Below, in pieces: positions 9,223 through 19,377 of a stretch of DNA of 64,000 bases. Source of the stretch: an uncultured Gammaproteobacteria bacterium (GTDB lineage: Bacteria > Patescibacteriota > Microgenomatia > Daviesbacterales > UBA10151); contig CAZAZW010000002.1 in assembly GCA_964489875.1 (NCBI GenBank), positions 64,503-128,502 of the forward strand, read 5' to 3'. The notes under the pieces are model-generated. The model made no database searches and was not told the DNA's origin. It saw nothing but the letters and a program-made list of their open reading frames with translations. The translations under genes were made by a program, and so were the position numbers. Each line of letters begins with the position of its first letter. The stretch's first letter is position 1.

Positions 9223-10158
9223 TTAAAATTTCGGACTCACTCGAACATTCATAAAATGGGCATGTTCTCCAGGATAACACCTAAAACCTACTCTACCAAC
9301 TGAATAGTTCATAGGAACAAATTTTCTCAACAATTTAACCTTCTCTGTCTTTTCATTCTCTCTTTGGATTTCAACTATTTCTCCTGTTAATGGGCTAGGA
9401 ATTATGATGGGGTCTTGAATGAAATAATGTGCTGAGTGTTTTCCATTAAGATAGACATCGATATTACTACCAAGAACGAGAATTCTTACCTTTATCCATG
9501 TTAACAATTTTATTTCATCAGCATATTCCAATTCATCAACCTTAATTACTACCCATTGATAATCAATAGAACCAGGAATTTTAAGATGGAGTCTTAGTTT
9601 TGGGTTTTGTGGGTCTTCAAGATTAATCTGAATCATTAAATATTTACTTCTGTTTTCTGCCCGTACTATCCAACCCGCATTTTTCTCAATGATTTTCGTA
9701 TCGAAACTAAACTCATAATCGTTCCAGCTAAAACCTTTTTTTGTAATTCCTCCATCTGGAGAGTCGGACACGCTCAGTAGGGATTTGCCATCTTCATATT
9801 CAACTTTCCATCCTTCATCTCCATATTCCCACTTAACTAATCCATTGGTAAATTTATCATGGAATTCTCCAGAAACGAGCTTCAAATAACGTGACTTTGT
9901 AAACGCCCAAATGATTGCAATTAATACTAAAAACCAAAAGTATACGGGGATTCCAAATATAGGAACCATTAGATACCTTACTAATAGTTGAAGAGAATTA
10001 ATTAAATAATTATAGATAGTTTCCCAAAGACCAATGGTTTTGAGCAAAATGATTATTGCCGTTAAAGACCCGACAATGCGACCAATACCAGTCTTTAGAA
10101 AAAAATCACCAATTATTTTAAAGAAGTTAAGAAAATAATACCCAAAATTTTTATCCAT
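9223..10158 (-). CDS. Membrane-anchored concanavalin-like (DUF1080-like) protein
   Basis: N-terminal TM helices; WNDYEFSFD...IDVYLNG...GRVGF...HFMNVRV beta-sandwich pattern. Confidence 0.6.
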   Translation of the reverse strand: MDKNFGYYFLNFFKIIGDFFLKTGIGRIVGSLTAIIILLKTIGLWETIYNYLINSLQLLVRYLMVPIFGIPVYFWFLVLIAIIWAFTKSRYLKLVSGEFHDKFTNGLVKWEYGDEGWKVEYEDGKSLLSVSDSPDGGITKKGFSWNDYEFSFDTKIIEKNAGWIVRAENRSKYLMIQINLEDPQNPKLRLHLKIPGSIDYQWVVIKVDELEYADEIKLLTWIKVRILVLGSNIDVYLNGKHSAHYFIQDPIIIPSPLTGEIVEIQRENEKTEKVKLLRKFVPMNYSVGRVGFRCYPGEHAHFMNVRVSPKF

Positions 10159-10203
10159 ATTTTGGGCAGGTTCAACTTAAATTGGTCAGATTAAGAAAAT
10201 TCA

Positions 10204-10222
10204 GCTCCCTGGATGGGATTTG
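10204..10222 (-). other. Possible tRNA 3'-end fragment (att-site scar)
   Basis: Minus strand caaatcccatccagggagc resembles the 3' side of a T arm plus acceptor strand; no matching 5' half. Confidence 0.4.
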
Positions 10223-10244
10223 GATTTCGAAGCCATTATATCAC

Positions 10245-10670
10245 TCAAATCCTGGGAAAATCTACTAAATTTTCTGTTATTGTTTTTGTGATAAGCTTGA
10301 AAATTTTATCTCTATCCTTTGGATTTGATTCAGAAACTAAACAGGCAAGCTTATAAAGATTAATGGGATCAATATTTATCCACTTTCCGTTTAAACTTAG
10401 AAAGGTAAGTATTGCCATGACAGCTATTCTCTTGTTGCCGTTTCTAAATGGATGATTTTTAATTAATGAATAAAATAGAATTGACGCTTGTTTCTCAAGA
10501 GTTGGGTAGAGAAGTTTTTGTTCAAAGGTTTGCTTTGGTGCTCCCAAAGAAGATTCTAGTAAACCATTATCTCTGGTTGAATAATCTGGTATGGGTTCCT
10601 GGTAAGTCATTAACTCTCTGGTAAGATCAAAACAAAGGAATTCAAAATCTTCGGGTTCTAACCATCTCAT
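10245..10670 (-). CDS. doc: Fic/Doc family toxin (death-on-curing)
   Basis: HPFRNGNKR Doc-type motif; RDNGLLESSL..P; 141 aa. Confidence 0.9.
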   Translation of the reverse strand: MRWLEPEDFEFLCFDLTRELMTYQEPIPDYSTRDNGLLESSLGAPKQTFEQKLLYPTLEKQASILFYSLIKNHPFRNGNKRIAVMAILTFLSLNGKWINIDPINLYKLACLVSESNPKDRDKIFKLITKTITENLVDFPRI

Positions 10671-10801
10671 GTAGAGGCAAGTTTTTTAAAGGTTAAGGCA
10701 TATTGTTTAACACCCTGCTCAACAGCTTTTTTGATTAAACTTGCTTTTTGCGGGTTTCGCTTTTGATATTTAGTAGGAGAGAACTTTTTCTTGTCATTCA
10801 T
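10667..10801 (-). CDS. Putative 44-aa antitoxin of Doc (not in the ORF track)
   Basis: MNDKKKFSPTKYQKRNPQKASLIKKAVEQGVKQYALTFKKLAST; ATGA overlap with doc. Confidence 0.7.
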   Translation of the reverse strand: MNDKKKFSPTKYQKRNPQKASLIKKAVEQGVKQYALTFKKLAST

Positions 10802-10897
10802 GAGGATATTTTAACATAAAAGTAATTAGTTTAAAACTACAGGTAGGACATCTAGGTAAATTCGGTAGGTTGTTTTTTGGTGGTATAATGCAGCATT

Positions 10898-11503
10898 ATG
10901 AGTCTGGAGCACTTTAGTCAAACGCATCCGGCAAGTCCTGAACTTAGGGAAATAATGCTAAGAAAGAAGGAGAGGGGTAAAAACTCGGGGTCTCTGGTCA
11001 GTCTGTTGGCTTTCGATATGGCTCAGGCAGCAGGAAGTGGTATACAGGAATTAACCAGGGAGTTCAGTTATGCCAGGGTTGCCATGAATTTTGATCCTGA
11101 TTTATTTAAAAGAATGGATCCGAAAAATAGAAATGCTCTTATTCAACATCATGCAGCAGTTGTCTTTGGGGTTTCAGTACTTGGGATTGAGGATGCGTTG
11201 TGGACCAGGGTATTTGATAGAAGTGTGTGGTTTGTTCGCTATAACCTAGCCATGGCCGGTACACCATTTCGAGGTACAAATATGAGAGGAAAAGGTATTG
11301 AAGAGCTACCGGCAGAACAACATGCAACTATGATTTATCATGCCGGAAAAGACAAAACGCTCTCGGTTTTCTTTAATGGAGAGCTGAAAAGTTTGCCAAC
11401 CGGGCTCAGGTCTATTTTAGAGCAAGCTGGCCGGCTGCAACAAATCAGGTCAGGTGTTCTCCCGATATACTCTGAGCGTGCCCGTTTTCTGGTTGGTCAG
11501 TGA
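10898..11503 (+). CDS. Hypothetical protein
   Basis: 201-aa ORF with TG-N-TATAAT 8 nt upstream of ATG. Confidence 0.65.
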   Translation: MSLEHFSQTHPASPELREIMLRKKERGKNSGSLVSLLAFDMAQAAGSGIQELTREFSYARVAMNFDPDLFKRMDPKNRNALIQHHAAVVFGVSVLGIEDALWTRVFDRSVWFVRYNLAMAGTPFRGTNMRGKGIEELPAEQHATMIYHAGKDKTLSVFFNGELKSLPTGLRSILEQAGRLQQIRSGVLPIYSERARFLVGQ

Positions 11504-11988
11504 ATTTTGTGGGAATATGCCGGTCTAGACCCTTCTTCACTTTCAGGAGCTTGAGTTTCCAACTCCTTCCAATAAACATCCCCGGCTATCCCCAACATTG
11601 AGGCGCACTTTTTTAAACAATCTGAAGAAGCTGCTTTTAGGTCATCGGCAATGGAAATAGGTTCTCCGGTAGTTCTGTTAAATTTAATATCTGCCCCGCC
11701 AAATTGACCTTTAACAATGGTGTGTCCCTTTGCCCTGACTGAGAGTTCCCCTCTGACCCAGACTTGTTTTTTGCCAATTTGTTGATCCAATATTCTAAAA
11801 TCCCAATCCCAGCCAAAGACCTGGTTTAGCATATTAATTACATAGCCAACTTCTACATAAGATAAGGGGATTCCTCCCGGCCCCGGCCTGGTTTTTATAA
11901 ATGCCCGGGGAGTTTTTTGGGTAATAAAATTTAACTGGGCCTGATTTAAATATTGAGGCAACACTGCTACTTCGCTCTTGTCAGCCAT
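11497..11988 (-). CDS. Rad52/Rad22-family (Sak-like) single-strand annealing protein
   Basis: LSYVE...VINMLNQVFG.DW...KAASSDCLKKCASMLGIA.DVY. Confidence 0.85.
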   Translation of the reverse strand: MADKSEVAVLPQYLNQAQLNFITQKTPRAFIKTRPGPGGIPLSYVEVGYVINMLNQVFGWDWDFRILDQQIGKKQVWVRGELSVRAKGHTIVKGQFGGADIKFNRTTGEPISIADDLKAASSDCLKKCASMLGIAGDVYWKELETQAPESEEGSRPAYSHKIH

Positions 11989-12096
11989 AATAATATTAGT
12001 TTAATCTTTTCAGATTAATTAGGGATAAAATTAAGGTAAGGGATTTGTAAGTATTGTACTTGACAGCAAAAGGGTAATTTGTAATAATGCATAAGA

Positions 12097-12870
12097 ATGA
12101 ATAAGATCAGTTCAAAGCTTATTCCGGCAGTACTGTTTTTTACCGCGACAATTCTTTTCAGCGTCTTCTCTTCTTCCGTTGCTTTAGCCAATCATTCCTG
12201 GGGTGGATATCATTGGGCCAGGACCGCTAATCCCTTTACTTTGAAATTAGGTGATAATGTTTCATCTGCCTGGGATCCCATCCTTGGCACCACTTCTTTT
12301 GATTGGAGTAAATCTACTGTCTTGGATACGAATATTGTGACCGGCGGTACCAAACCCCGCAGCTGCCGGGCCACCTCGGGTCGGGTGGAAGTCTGCAACT
12401 CCAAGTATGGAAATAACGGCTGGTTGGGTATAGCGCAAATTTGGGTGAGCGGCCTGCATATCGTGCAAGGGGTGACCAAAGTCAATGACACTTATTTTAA
12501 CACTAAAACTTACAATACTCTTGCCTGGCGTAATCTGGTGATGTGCCAGGAAGTTGGCCATACTTTGGGGCTGGACCATCAGGATGAGAATTTTGACAAT
12601 GGCAATTTAGGCAGCTGTATGGACTATACTTCTGATCCGAGTACCAATCAGCACCCTAATAAACATGATTACGATGAGTTGGAATTAATCTATGCTCATT
12701 TTGACGCCAGTACGACTCTTTCTCAAACACTTTTACATCCGGGTCAAGGTAACTTCGATAATCCGACAGAGTGGGGCAGATTAGTTAAAAAAGAAGGTCG
12801 TGTAGCAGTTTTTGAGAGGGACTTTGGTTTGGGGAACAAATTATTCACCTTCGTCATTTACGCCGACTAG
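12097..12870 (+). CDS. Secreted metzincin-like protein with QExxHxxGxxH variant motif
   Basis: Signal peptide; CQEVGHTLGLDH; Met-turn SCMDY. Confidence 0.75.
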   Translation: MNKISSKLIPAVLFFTATILFSVFSSSVALANHSWGGYHWARTANPFTLKLGDNVSSAWDPILGTTSFDWSKSTVLDTNIVTGGTKPRSCRATSGRVEVCNSKYGNNGWLGIAQIWVSGLHIVQGVTKVNDTYFNTKTYNTLAWRNLVMCQEVGHTLGLDHQDENFDNGNLGSCMDYTSDPSTNQHPNKHDYDELELIYAHFDASTTLSQTLLHPGQGNFDNPTEWGRLVKKEGRVAVFERDFGLGNKLFTFVIYAD

Positions 12871-12877
12871 TTAGTCA

Positions 12878-13220
12878 TTGGTAACTATTTCTTTAGTTGC
12901 TTTCAGCAGATTGCAGGTAACCACTAAATATGATTCTGATGTCCAGGGGGTTAATGCCAAAAATGGCGACAATAATCCCGGGCGCGGTTCAACTTCCAGT
13001 GAAAATAATAGTAAACAAACTGTTGTTTCTCCAACCGGCGCAAAGAGTAAAATTCAACCGAAAACAGTAACTACCAAGGAAACTGAAACAGAAAATGAGG
13101 TTGAAAAGGATTAGGTCCTAAATTCTTTCAAGCCACGCCTTCTGCTACACCTGTGAGTACATCTTCTGCCACCGTCAGCTTCTCCGGAAGAAGAACCAAT
13201 TTCCTCTCATTTCCTTCGGG
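12878..13220 (+). pseudogene. Probable decayed secreted low-complexity protein gene
   Basis: Fragmented ORFs with DVQG, ETENEVE and ATPSATP segments separated by a stop and a frame change; no good start. Confidence 0.4.
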
Positions 13221-13277
13221 TATTTTTCGTGGTAAAATGGACTGTCACCCTTGCGAAGCAATGGGCAAGATTTTCTT

Positions 13278-15251
13278 ATGGCAAAATTTAAAATTGTTTC
13301 CGGTTTCAAGCCTACCGGGGATCAGCCTCAAGCGATTGATAAGCTTGTACGCGGCCTAAATCAAGGAAGGGAGCATCAGGTTTTGCTGGGAGTAACTGGG
13401 TCGGGTAAAACGTTCTCAATTTGTAATGTAATTGAGCGAGTGCAAAAACCGACCCTAATAATTGTACAAAATAAGACTTTAGCAGGACAGCTTGCACAAG
13501 AATTTAGATCTCTATTTCCTCAAAATGCTGTGGAATATTTTGTTTCCTATTATGATTATTATCAACCTGAGGCTTATATCCCGCAAAGTGACACTTATAT
13601 TGAAAAAGATGCCTCAATAAATGAGGAAATTGAAAAACTTCGGTTGGCCACAACCGCTTCGCTTTTGACCCGTAAAGATGTTGTGGTGGTAGCTTCGGTT
13701 TCCTGTATTTATAACTTAGGTTCCCCGATTGAATATGGCCAGGCAATTTTGGAAATAGGAAAAGGCATGAAAGCGGGAATGCAACAGGTGATGAAAATTT
13801 TGCAGAAAATGTATTACGCGCGAAATGATATTGATTTTAAGCGCGGGACTTATCGGGTACGCGGCGACACAATTGATATTTTTCCTTCATACATGGATCT
13901 CGGTTACAGGTTACAGTTTTTAGGTGATAGGGTAGAAAAGGTAGCGAAGCTGGAAGTGGTCACAGGCAACACTGAGGAAATGTTAGGGACACAAGTAATT
14001 TATCCGGCAAAGCACTACATTACTCCGGAACAAAGGGTGGTGCCCGGAATGAAGCAAATAGAGATAGATTTAGAGTCTAGAATCAAGAGTCTAGAGTCAA
14101 GTGGTAAACTGGTAGAGGCACAGAGACTTCAGCAAAGAACTCGTTATGATTTGGAGATGATCCGGCAATTCGGCTATTGTAACGGCATTGAGAATTACTC
14201 CCGTTATTTTGACGGCAGAAAGCCGGGTGAGCCGCCTTATACCCTGCTAAATTACTTTCCTAAGGACTTTTTAGTAATTATTGATGAATCACATATCACC
14301 ATTCCGCAAATCCGGGGGATGTATAACGGAGACAGATCAAGAAAGGAAACTTTGATTGACTTTGGGTTCAGGCTGCCTTCAGCTTTGGATAATAGACCTC
14401 TTCGGTTTGACGAATTCATGAGAAATGTTAATCAGGCAATCTATACTTCTGCTACTCCTGATGAATATGAATTATCTTTGGCAGGAAAAGATGGTGTGGC
14501 CGAACAATTGATCAGACCGACCGGAGTCTTAGATCCGGTGATTTCTGTCCGGCCAATCCAGGGGCAAATTAATGACTTAATGCGGGAAATTGAGAAGCGG
14601 GTAGTGGACCACGAAAGGGTGCTGGTAACAACTTTAACTAAGAGGATGGCTGAGGATCTGGCCGAGTATTTACATGATAAAGGAATTAAAGTCCATTATT
14701 TACATTCTGATGTTAAAACACTGGAACGGAGCGATATCCTGCAGTCTTTGCGGCTGGGGGAATATGATGTGATTGTGGGAATTAATTTGCTAAGGGAGGG
14801 GTTGGATTTGCCTGAAGTGTCTTTGGTAGCTATTTTAGATGCGGATAAGGAAGGGTTTTTACGTTCAAGAACATCCTTGATTCAGACCATGGGACGGGCT
14901 GCAAGGCATGTAAACGGCCAGGTAATTATGTATGCGGATATCGTGACCGGATCGATGAAAGCTGCCATAGATGAGGTGGAGCGAAGAAGAAAATACCAGG
15001 CAGAATATAACAAAAGACACAATATTACCCCCAGAAGTATTGAAAAGGCTTTGCGGGAGAGGCTGATTGAAAAAGTGGAGGAGCTGGAGGAGAGTTTAGG
15101 CAAAAAAGATCTGACAATAGAGGATATTCCGGCCTCTGAGCGGGAAAAAATGATCAAAAACCTGGAAGCCCAGATGAAACAAGCAGCAGAGCTTTGGGAT
15201 TTTGAAGAAGCAGCCAGAATCAGGGATCAGATAAAGGAGTTAAGTATTTAA
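13278..15251 (+). CDS. uvrB: Excinuclease ABC subunit B
   Basis: GVTGSGKT, YYDYYQPEAY, DESH, C-terminal UVR FEEAARIRD. Confidence 0.98.
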   Translation: MAKFKIVSGFKPTGDQPQAIDKLVRGLNQGREHQVLLGVTGSGKTFSICNVIERVQKPTLIIVQNKTLAGQLAQEFRSLFPQNAVEYFVSYYDYYQPEAYIPQSDTYIEKDASINEEIEKLRLATTASLLTRKDVVVVASVSCIYNLGSPIEYGQAILEIGKGMKAGMQQVMKILQKMYYARNDIDFKRGTYRVRGDTIDIFPSYMDLGYRLQFLGDRVEKVAKLEVVTGNTEEMLGTQVIYPAKHYITPEQRVVPGMKQIEIDLESRIKSLESSGKLVEAQRLQQRTRYDLEMIRQFGYCNGIENYSRYFDGRKPGEPPYTLLNYFPKDFLVIIDESHITIPQIRGMYNGDRSRKETLIDFGFRLPSALDNRPLRFDEFMRNVNQAIYTSATPDEYELSLAGKDGVAEQLIRPTGVLDPVISVRPIQGQINDLMREIEKRVVDHERVLVTTLTKRMAEDLAEYLHDKGIKVHYLHSDVKTLERSDILQSLRLGEYDVIVGINLLREGLDLPEVSLVAILDADKEGFLRSRTSLIQTMGRAARHVNGQVIMYADIVTGSMKAAIDEVERRRKYQAEYNKRHNITPRSIEKALRERLIEKVEELEESLGKKDLTIEDIPASEREKMIKNLEAQMKQAAELWDFEEAARIRDQIKELSI

Positions 15252-15262
15252 TTTGCTTAAGA

Positions 15263-15613
15263 TCACTCTCTGCTGGGGCAATCTGTAGCTGGAACTCCTG
15301 CGTCTAAGTAACGTTCTATTAATTCTTCTTGAACAGCAGGGTCCTGAATTATTAAGTTTTGTTTAAAAAGTTTCTGAGTGTGTAAGTAGTGATTACGAAC
15401 TCCTTTTGCTGATTGACGAAATTCCTCCATTGCTTTGCCTGTTAAGTGATGAATAGTCTCATTGTAAATGCGTCTCTCTTCTGGTGTCAGGGGTTTACCG
15501 GAAGCGTCTACACCACGGTGTAATAATTGATTAAGACGGGCAATGGCTCCTTGGCCTCCAGCTTGGCCTTCCGGTAAGGTATCTACAAATTTCCCTGCTT
15601 CTATTTTGTCCAT
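15263..15613 (-). CDS. Hypothetical protein
   Basis: 116-aa ORF with TATAAT 8 nt upstream of ATG. Confidence 0.6.
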   Translation of the reverse strand: MDKIEAGKFVDTLPEGQAGGQGAIARLNQLLHRGVDASGKPLTPEERRIYNETIHHLTGKAMEEFRQSAKGVRNHYLHTQKLFKQNLIIQDPAVQEELIERYLDAGVPATDCPSRE

Positions 15614-15736
15614 TTCAGTATATTATACCCTATAATTATATACTTTAATCGAAACTGAGTCAAATCTTGCAAAATAAGAACCTGCTCGCACTTCGGTTTG
15701 AAACTATTTTACCTCGTGCTCGCAGAACCTTGCCTT

Positions 15737-15765
15737 TTGACTTTGTCGGAAAGGTAGGTTAAAAT
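15737..15765 (+). promoter_or_regulatory. Sigma70-type promoter of uvrA
   Basis: TTGACT-17 nt-TAAAAT. Confidence 0.6.
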
Positions 15766-15792
15766 AGATGCTTAATTTCGGGAAAACTTCGC

Positions 15793-18717
15793 ATGGCTGT
15801 TGATAAAATAATCATCAAAGGTGCCAGAGAGCACAATCTCAAAAATATTGACCTGGAAATTCCCAAGAATCAGTTGGTGGTTTTAACCGGCATTTCCGGC
15901 TCAGGTAAATCCTCTTTGGCTTTTGATACTCTTTATGCGGAAGGACAGCGTAGATACGTGGAATCCCTCTCTTCTTATGCCAGACAGTTTTTAGGGGTCA
16001 TGGACAAACCTGATGTGGATTTAATCGAAGGACTTTCTCCGGCTATTTCTATTGACCAAAAGGGAGTTTCTCACAACCCCAGGTCTACTGTTGGTACAAC
16101 CACAGAAGTTTATGATTACTTAAGGCTGCTTTTTGCCAGGGTTGGCCATCCTCATTGTCCGATTTGTGGTAGAGAAGTTTCAAAGATGTCAGTAGAACAA
16201 ATTGCGGAAAGAGTGACTAGTGACAAGAGTATAGAGTCTAGTAAAAAAGGGAAGAGAATAATGATATTGGCGCCGGTGGTGAAAGACAGGAAGGGAGAAT
16301 ATTCCCAGCTTTTTGAGGATTTTAGGAAAAAGGGATTTTCTAAAGTAAGGGTTGACGGACAGGTTAGAGATCTATCTGACGACCTGGTTTTAATTAAAAC
16401 TAACAAGCATACAATTGATGTAGTGGTAGATCGGTTGGTAATAGAGTCAAGAGTCAAGAGTCAAGAGTCAAGTGAATCGCAGTCTAGGCTCTCGACTCTA
16501 GCGACTAGACTCTTCCAAAGCATTGAGACAGCGCTAAAATTAGGTGAAGGTTCAGTGATTATATCTGAAGTATTAGATGCCTCTTTAGAATTTCCTCAAA
16601 ACCCTAAAAAAATGAAGGATCAACTCTACTCTGAAAGATTTGCTTGCCCGGTAGATAATATTTCTTTGCCGGAAATTGAACCGAGACTCCTGTCATTTAA
16701 CTCCCCTCACGGAGCTTGTCCGACTTGTTCCGGATTAGGAACACTGCTAGAAATAGATGAGACAGCTATTTTAAATCCCATTCTTTCTATTGCCGAAGGA
16801 GGGATTTTGCCCTGGAGTAAACTTGCCACCAGTGATACTTGGTTTACCAGGTTGATTGAATCGGTAGGCAAAGAAAATAAGTTTGATTTAAATACCAGAT
16901 TGGGTAATTTAACACCCGAAGCCAGGAAAATCCTACTTTTCGGAAGTGGCAAGGAGGAGTTTAAAGTAGAAGGAAGAAACAGACAGGGAAGGTGGACACA
17001 TTTCTATTCAAGCTTTCAAGGATTAGTTACCTATCTCAAGGAAAGGTATACTACCTCTGAATCGGATTTTGTGAAATCGGAAATTGAAAAGTATATGGTT
17101 AAAGAAATTTGTCCAAAATGCAAGGGTGCCAGATTGAAAGATGAAGCGCTGTCAATCACGATAGAAGGATCTAATATTGCGGAGGTGACCGGTCAATCAA
17201 TAGTTCAGACACATGAATGGATTAAAGATATTAAGTTGTCTGATCGGGAGACCCAAATCGCCACCCCGGTTGTGAAAGAAATTAAGGCCAGACTACAGTT
17301 TTTAATTGATGTTGGTTTGGATTATTTGACTTTGGATCGGGCTGCTATGACTTTGGCCGGGGGAGAATCACAACGGATAAGGCTTGCTTCCCAAATCGGC
17401 TCAGGACTTTCCGGAGTGTTATATGTTTTGGATGAACCATCCATTGGTTTACACCAGCGGGATAACAGTCGGCTGATTGAAACTTTAAAAAAGCTAAGGA
17501 ACTTAGGTAACACTGTGATTGTCAATGAACATGACGCTGAAACCATGGAAGCGGCAGACATATTGATAGAAATAGGTCCTGGAGCCGGTGAACACGGTGG
17601 TAAAGTTGTGTTTATGGGAACTCCTGATGAAATGAAAAAAAGCTCCACTTCTTTAACCGGTCAATACCTTTCAGGGAAGAAAAAAGTAAAGGTGAACAGT
17701 GAATTACAAAGGGAACCGGTTAATATGGGTTATCTTAAACTCTTGGGAGCAGCAGAACATAACCTAAAAAATATCAACATCTCTTTTCCTTTAGGCAAAT
17801 TTATTGCAGTTACCGGTGTTTCCGGCTCAGGTAAATCAACTTTAATTCATGACATTTTGTATAAAGCTCTAGCGCAAAAGATCTACCGGTCAAGGGAAAG
17901 AGCTGGTCTCTACAAAGGGATGGAGGGAATAGAATACGTTGATAAAGTTGTATTGGTGGACCAATCACCGATTGGCCGGACTCCCCGATCTAATCCGGCT
18001 ACTTATACCGGAGCGTTTACTTTTATTAGGGAATTATTTGCCCAGAGTCCGGAAGCTAAGATCAGGGGTTACGGCCCGGGCAGATTTTCTTTTAACGTCA
18101 AAGGCGGCAGGTGTGAAGTTTGTGAAGGTGAAGGCACTTTAAAAATTGAAATGCAATTTTTGCCGGATGTTTATGTGACCTGTGAATCATGCAATGGTGC
18201 CAGATACAACCGTGAGGCTTTGGAAATTCATTTTAAAGATAAAAATATTGCCGAGGTTTTAGATATGACGGTTGAGGAATCCTTAAAGTTTTTTGAAAAT
18301 ATTCCCCAAATCAAGAATAAACTGCAGGTTTTATTTGACGTTGGGTTAGGGTATATCAGGTTGGGTCAGCCGGCTCCTACTTTGTCCGGGGGTGAAGCTC
18401 AGAGGATTAAACTGTCTTCGGAGTTGTCCAAACGATCCACAGGACAAACAATGTATATCCTGGATGAGCCTACTACAGGATTGCACTTTGCTGATATTGA
18501 AAGGCTATTAACCATACTTAGAAAGCTGGTAAACTTTGGTAATACAGTGGTTATTATTGAACATAACCTGGATGTGATTAAAAATACTGACTGGATTATA
18601 GATTTAGGACCGGAAGGCGGAGATCAGGGTGGACAGGTAATAGCGGAAGGCACTCCGGCTCAAGTGGCTAAACTTAAGGGTTCTTATACTGGTCAGTATT
18701 TGGCCAAGATCATATGA
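15793..18717 (+). CDS. uvrA: Excinuclease ABC subunit A
   Basis: Two ABC ATPase modules (GISGSGKS, GVSGSGKS), zinc fingers, GAREHNLK. Confidence 0.98.
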   Translation: MAVDKIIIKGAREHNLKNIDLEIPKNQLVVLTGISGSGKSSLAFDTLYAEGQRRYVESLSSYARQFLGVMDKPDVDLIEGLSPAISIDQKGVSHNPRSTVGTTTEVYDYLRLLFARVGHPHCPICGREVSKMSVEQIAERVTSDKSIESSKKGKRIMILAPVVKDRKGEYSQLFEDFRKKGFSKVRVDGQVRDLSDDLVLIKTNKHTIDVVVDRLVIESRVKSQESSESQSRLSTLATRLFQSIETALKLGEGSVIISEVLDASLEFPQNPKKMKDQLYSERFACPVDNISLPEIEPRLLSFNSPHGACPTCSGLGTLLEIDETAILNPILSIAEGGILPWSKLATSDTWFTRLIESVGKENKFDLNTRLGNLTPEARKILLFGSGKEEFKVEGRNRQGRWTHFYSSFQGLVTYLKERYTTSESDFVKSEIEKYMVKEICPKCKGARLKDEALSITIEGSNIAEVTGQSIVQTHEWIKDIKLSDRETQIATPVVKEIKARLQFLIDVGLDYLTLDRAAMTLAGGESQRIRLASQIGSGLSGVLYVLDEPSIGLHQRDNSRLIETLKKLRNLGNTVIVNEHDAETMEAADILIEIGPGAGEHGGKVVFMGTPDEMKKSSTSLTGQYLSGKKKVKVNSELQREPVNMGYLKLLGAAEHNLKNINISFPLGKFIAVTGVSGSGKSTLIHDILYKALAQKIYRSRERAGLYKGMEGIEYVDKVVLVDQSPIGRTPRSNPATYTGAFTFIRELFAQSPEAKIRGYGPGRFSFNVKGGRCEVCEGEGTLKIEMQFLPDVYVTCESCNGARYNREALEIHFKDKNIAEVLDMTVEESLKFFENIPQIKNKLQVLFDVGLGYIRLGQPAPTLSGGEAQRIKLSSELSKRSTGQTMYILDEPTTGLHFADIERLLTILRKLVNFGNTVVIIEHNLDVIKNTDWIIDLGPEGGDQGGQVIAEGTPAQVAKLKGSYTGQYLAKII

Positions 18718-19358
18718 AAAAACGTAAATTTGATGCAGCCTTATTTGATGTTGATGGCACAATTTTAGATACCGGCGAATATATCTTTCAAGCTTACAAA
18801 TATACCCTGGCTCTTCACTTAAAAAAAGAAGTCACCTGGGAAGACGTTGTTCCGGTTTTAGGTTTGCCATTTGACCAGTGTTACCGTTTACTGACAAACC
18901 TGGAAGAAGTGGATTACTTAATGGAAACTCACCACCAGTATCAGACTAAAAATCCACAGTTAGTTAGACCCTATGAACATACTTTACAGGCTTTAGGATC
19001 TTTGAAAAAAGCCGGAGTGGCCATTGGAGCTGTTACCAGCCATAGCGGTGAACTGCTGGTCAGAAATTTAAAAAATGCCGGAATAGATAAATTCTTTAAA
19101 GTTATTGTTACCCCTTTTGAAGTTATAAATCCCAAACCGCATCCCGAATCGGTTTTTAAGGCTTTGGAGGTTCTTAAAGTCAAACCAAACAAGACGGTTT
19201 TTATCGGAGACAGTAAGGCTGATATAGAAGCCGGCAAGGGTGCAGGAGTTAAAACGATAGCAGCCTTATATGGATTTCATGGAGAAAAACTTCGGGAAAC
19301 AAAACCGGATTATGCAGTTTCGGATATCCAGGAAGTAGTTTCGATTATACTCGAGTGA
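18714..19358 (+). CDS. HAD-IA phosphatase (PpaX/Gph-like)
   Basis: FDVDGT, VTS, KPHP, GDS..D. Confidence 0.85.
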   Translation: MKKRKFDAALFDVDGTILDTGEYIFQAYKYTLALHLKKEVTWEDVVPVLGLPFDQCYRLLTNLEEVDYLMETHHQYQTKNPQLVRPYEHTLQALGSLKKAGVAIGAVTSHSGELLVRNLKNAGIDKFFKVIVTPFEVINPKPHPESVFKALEVLKVKPNKTVFIGDSKADIEAGKGAGVKTIAALYGFHGEKLRETKPDYAVSDIQEVVSIILE

Positions 19359-19377
19359 TAAACTTTGCTACAATATA

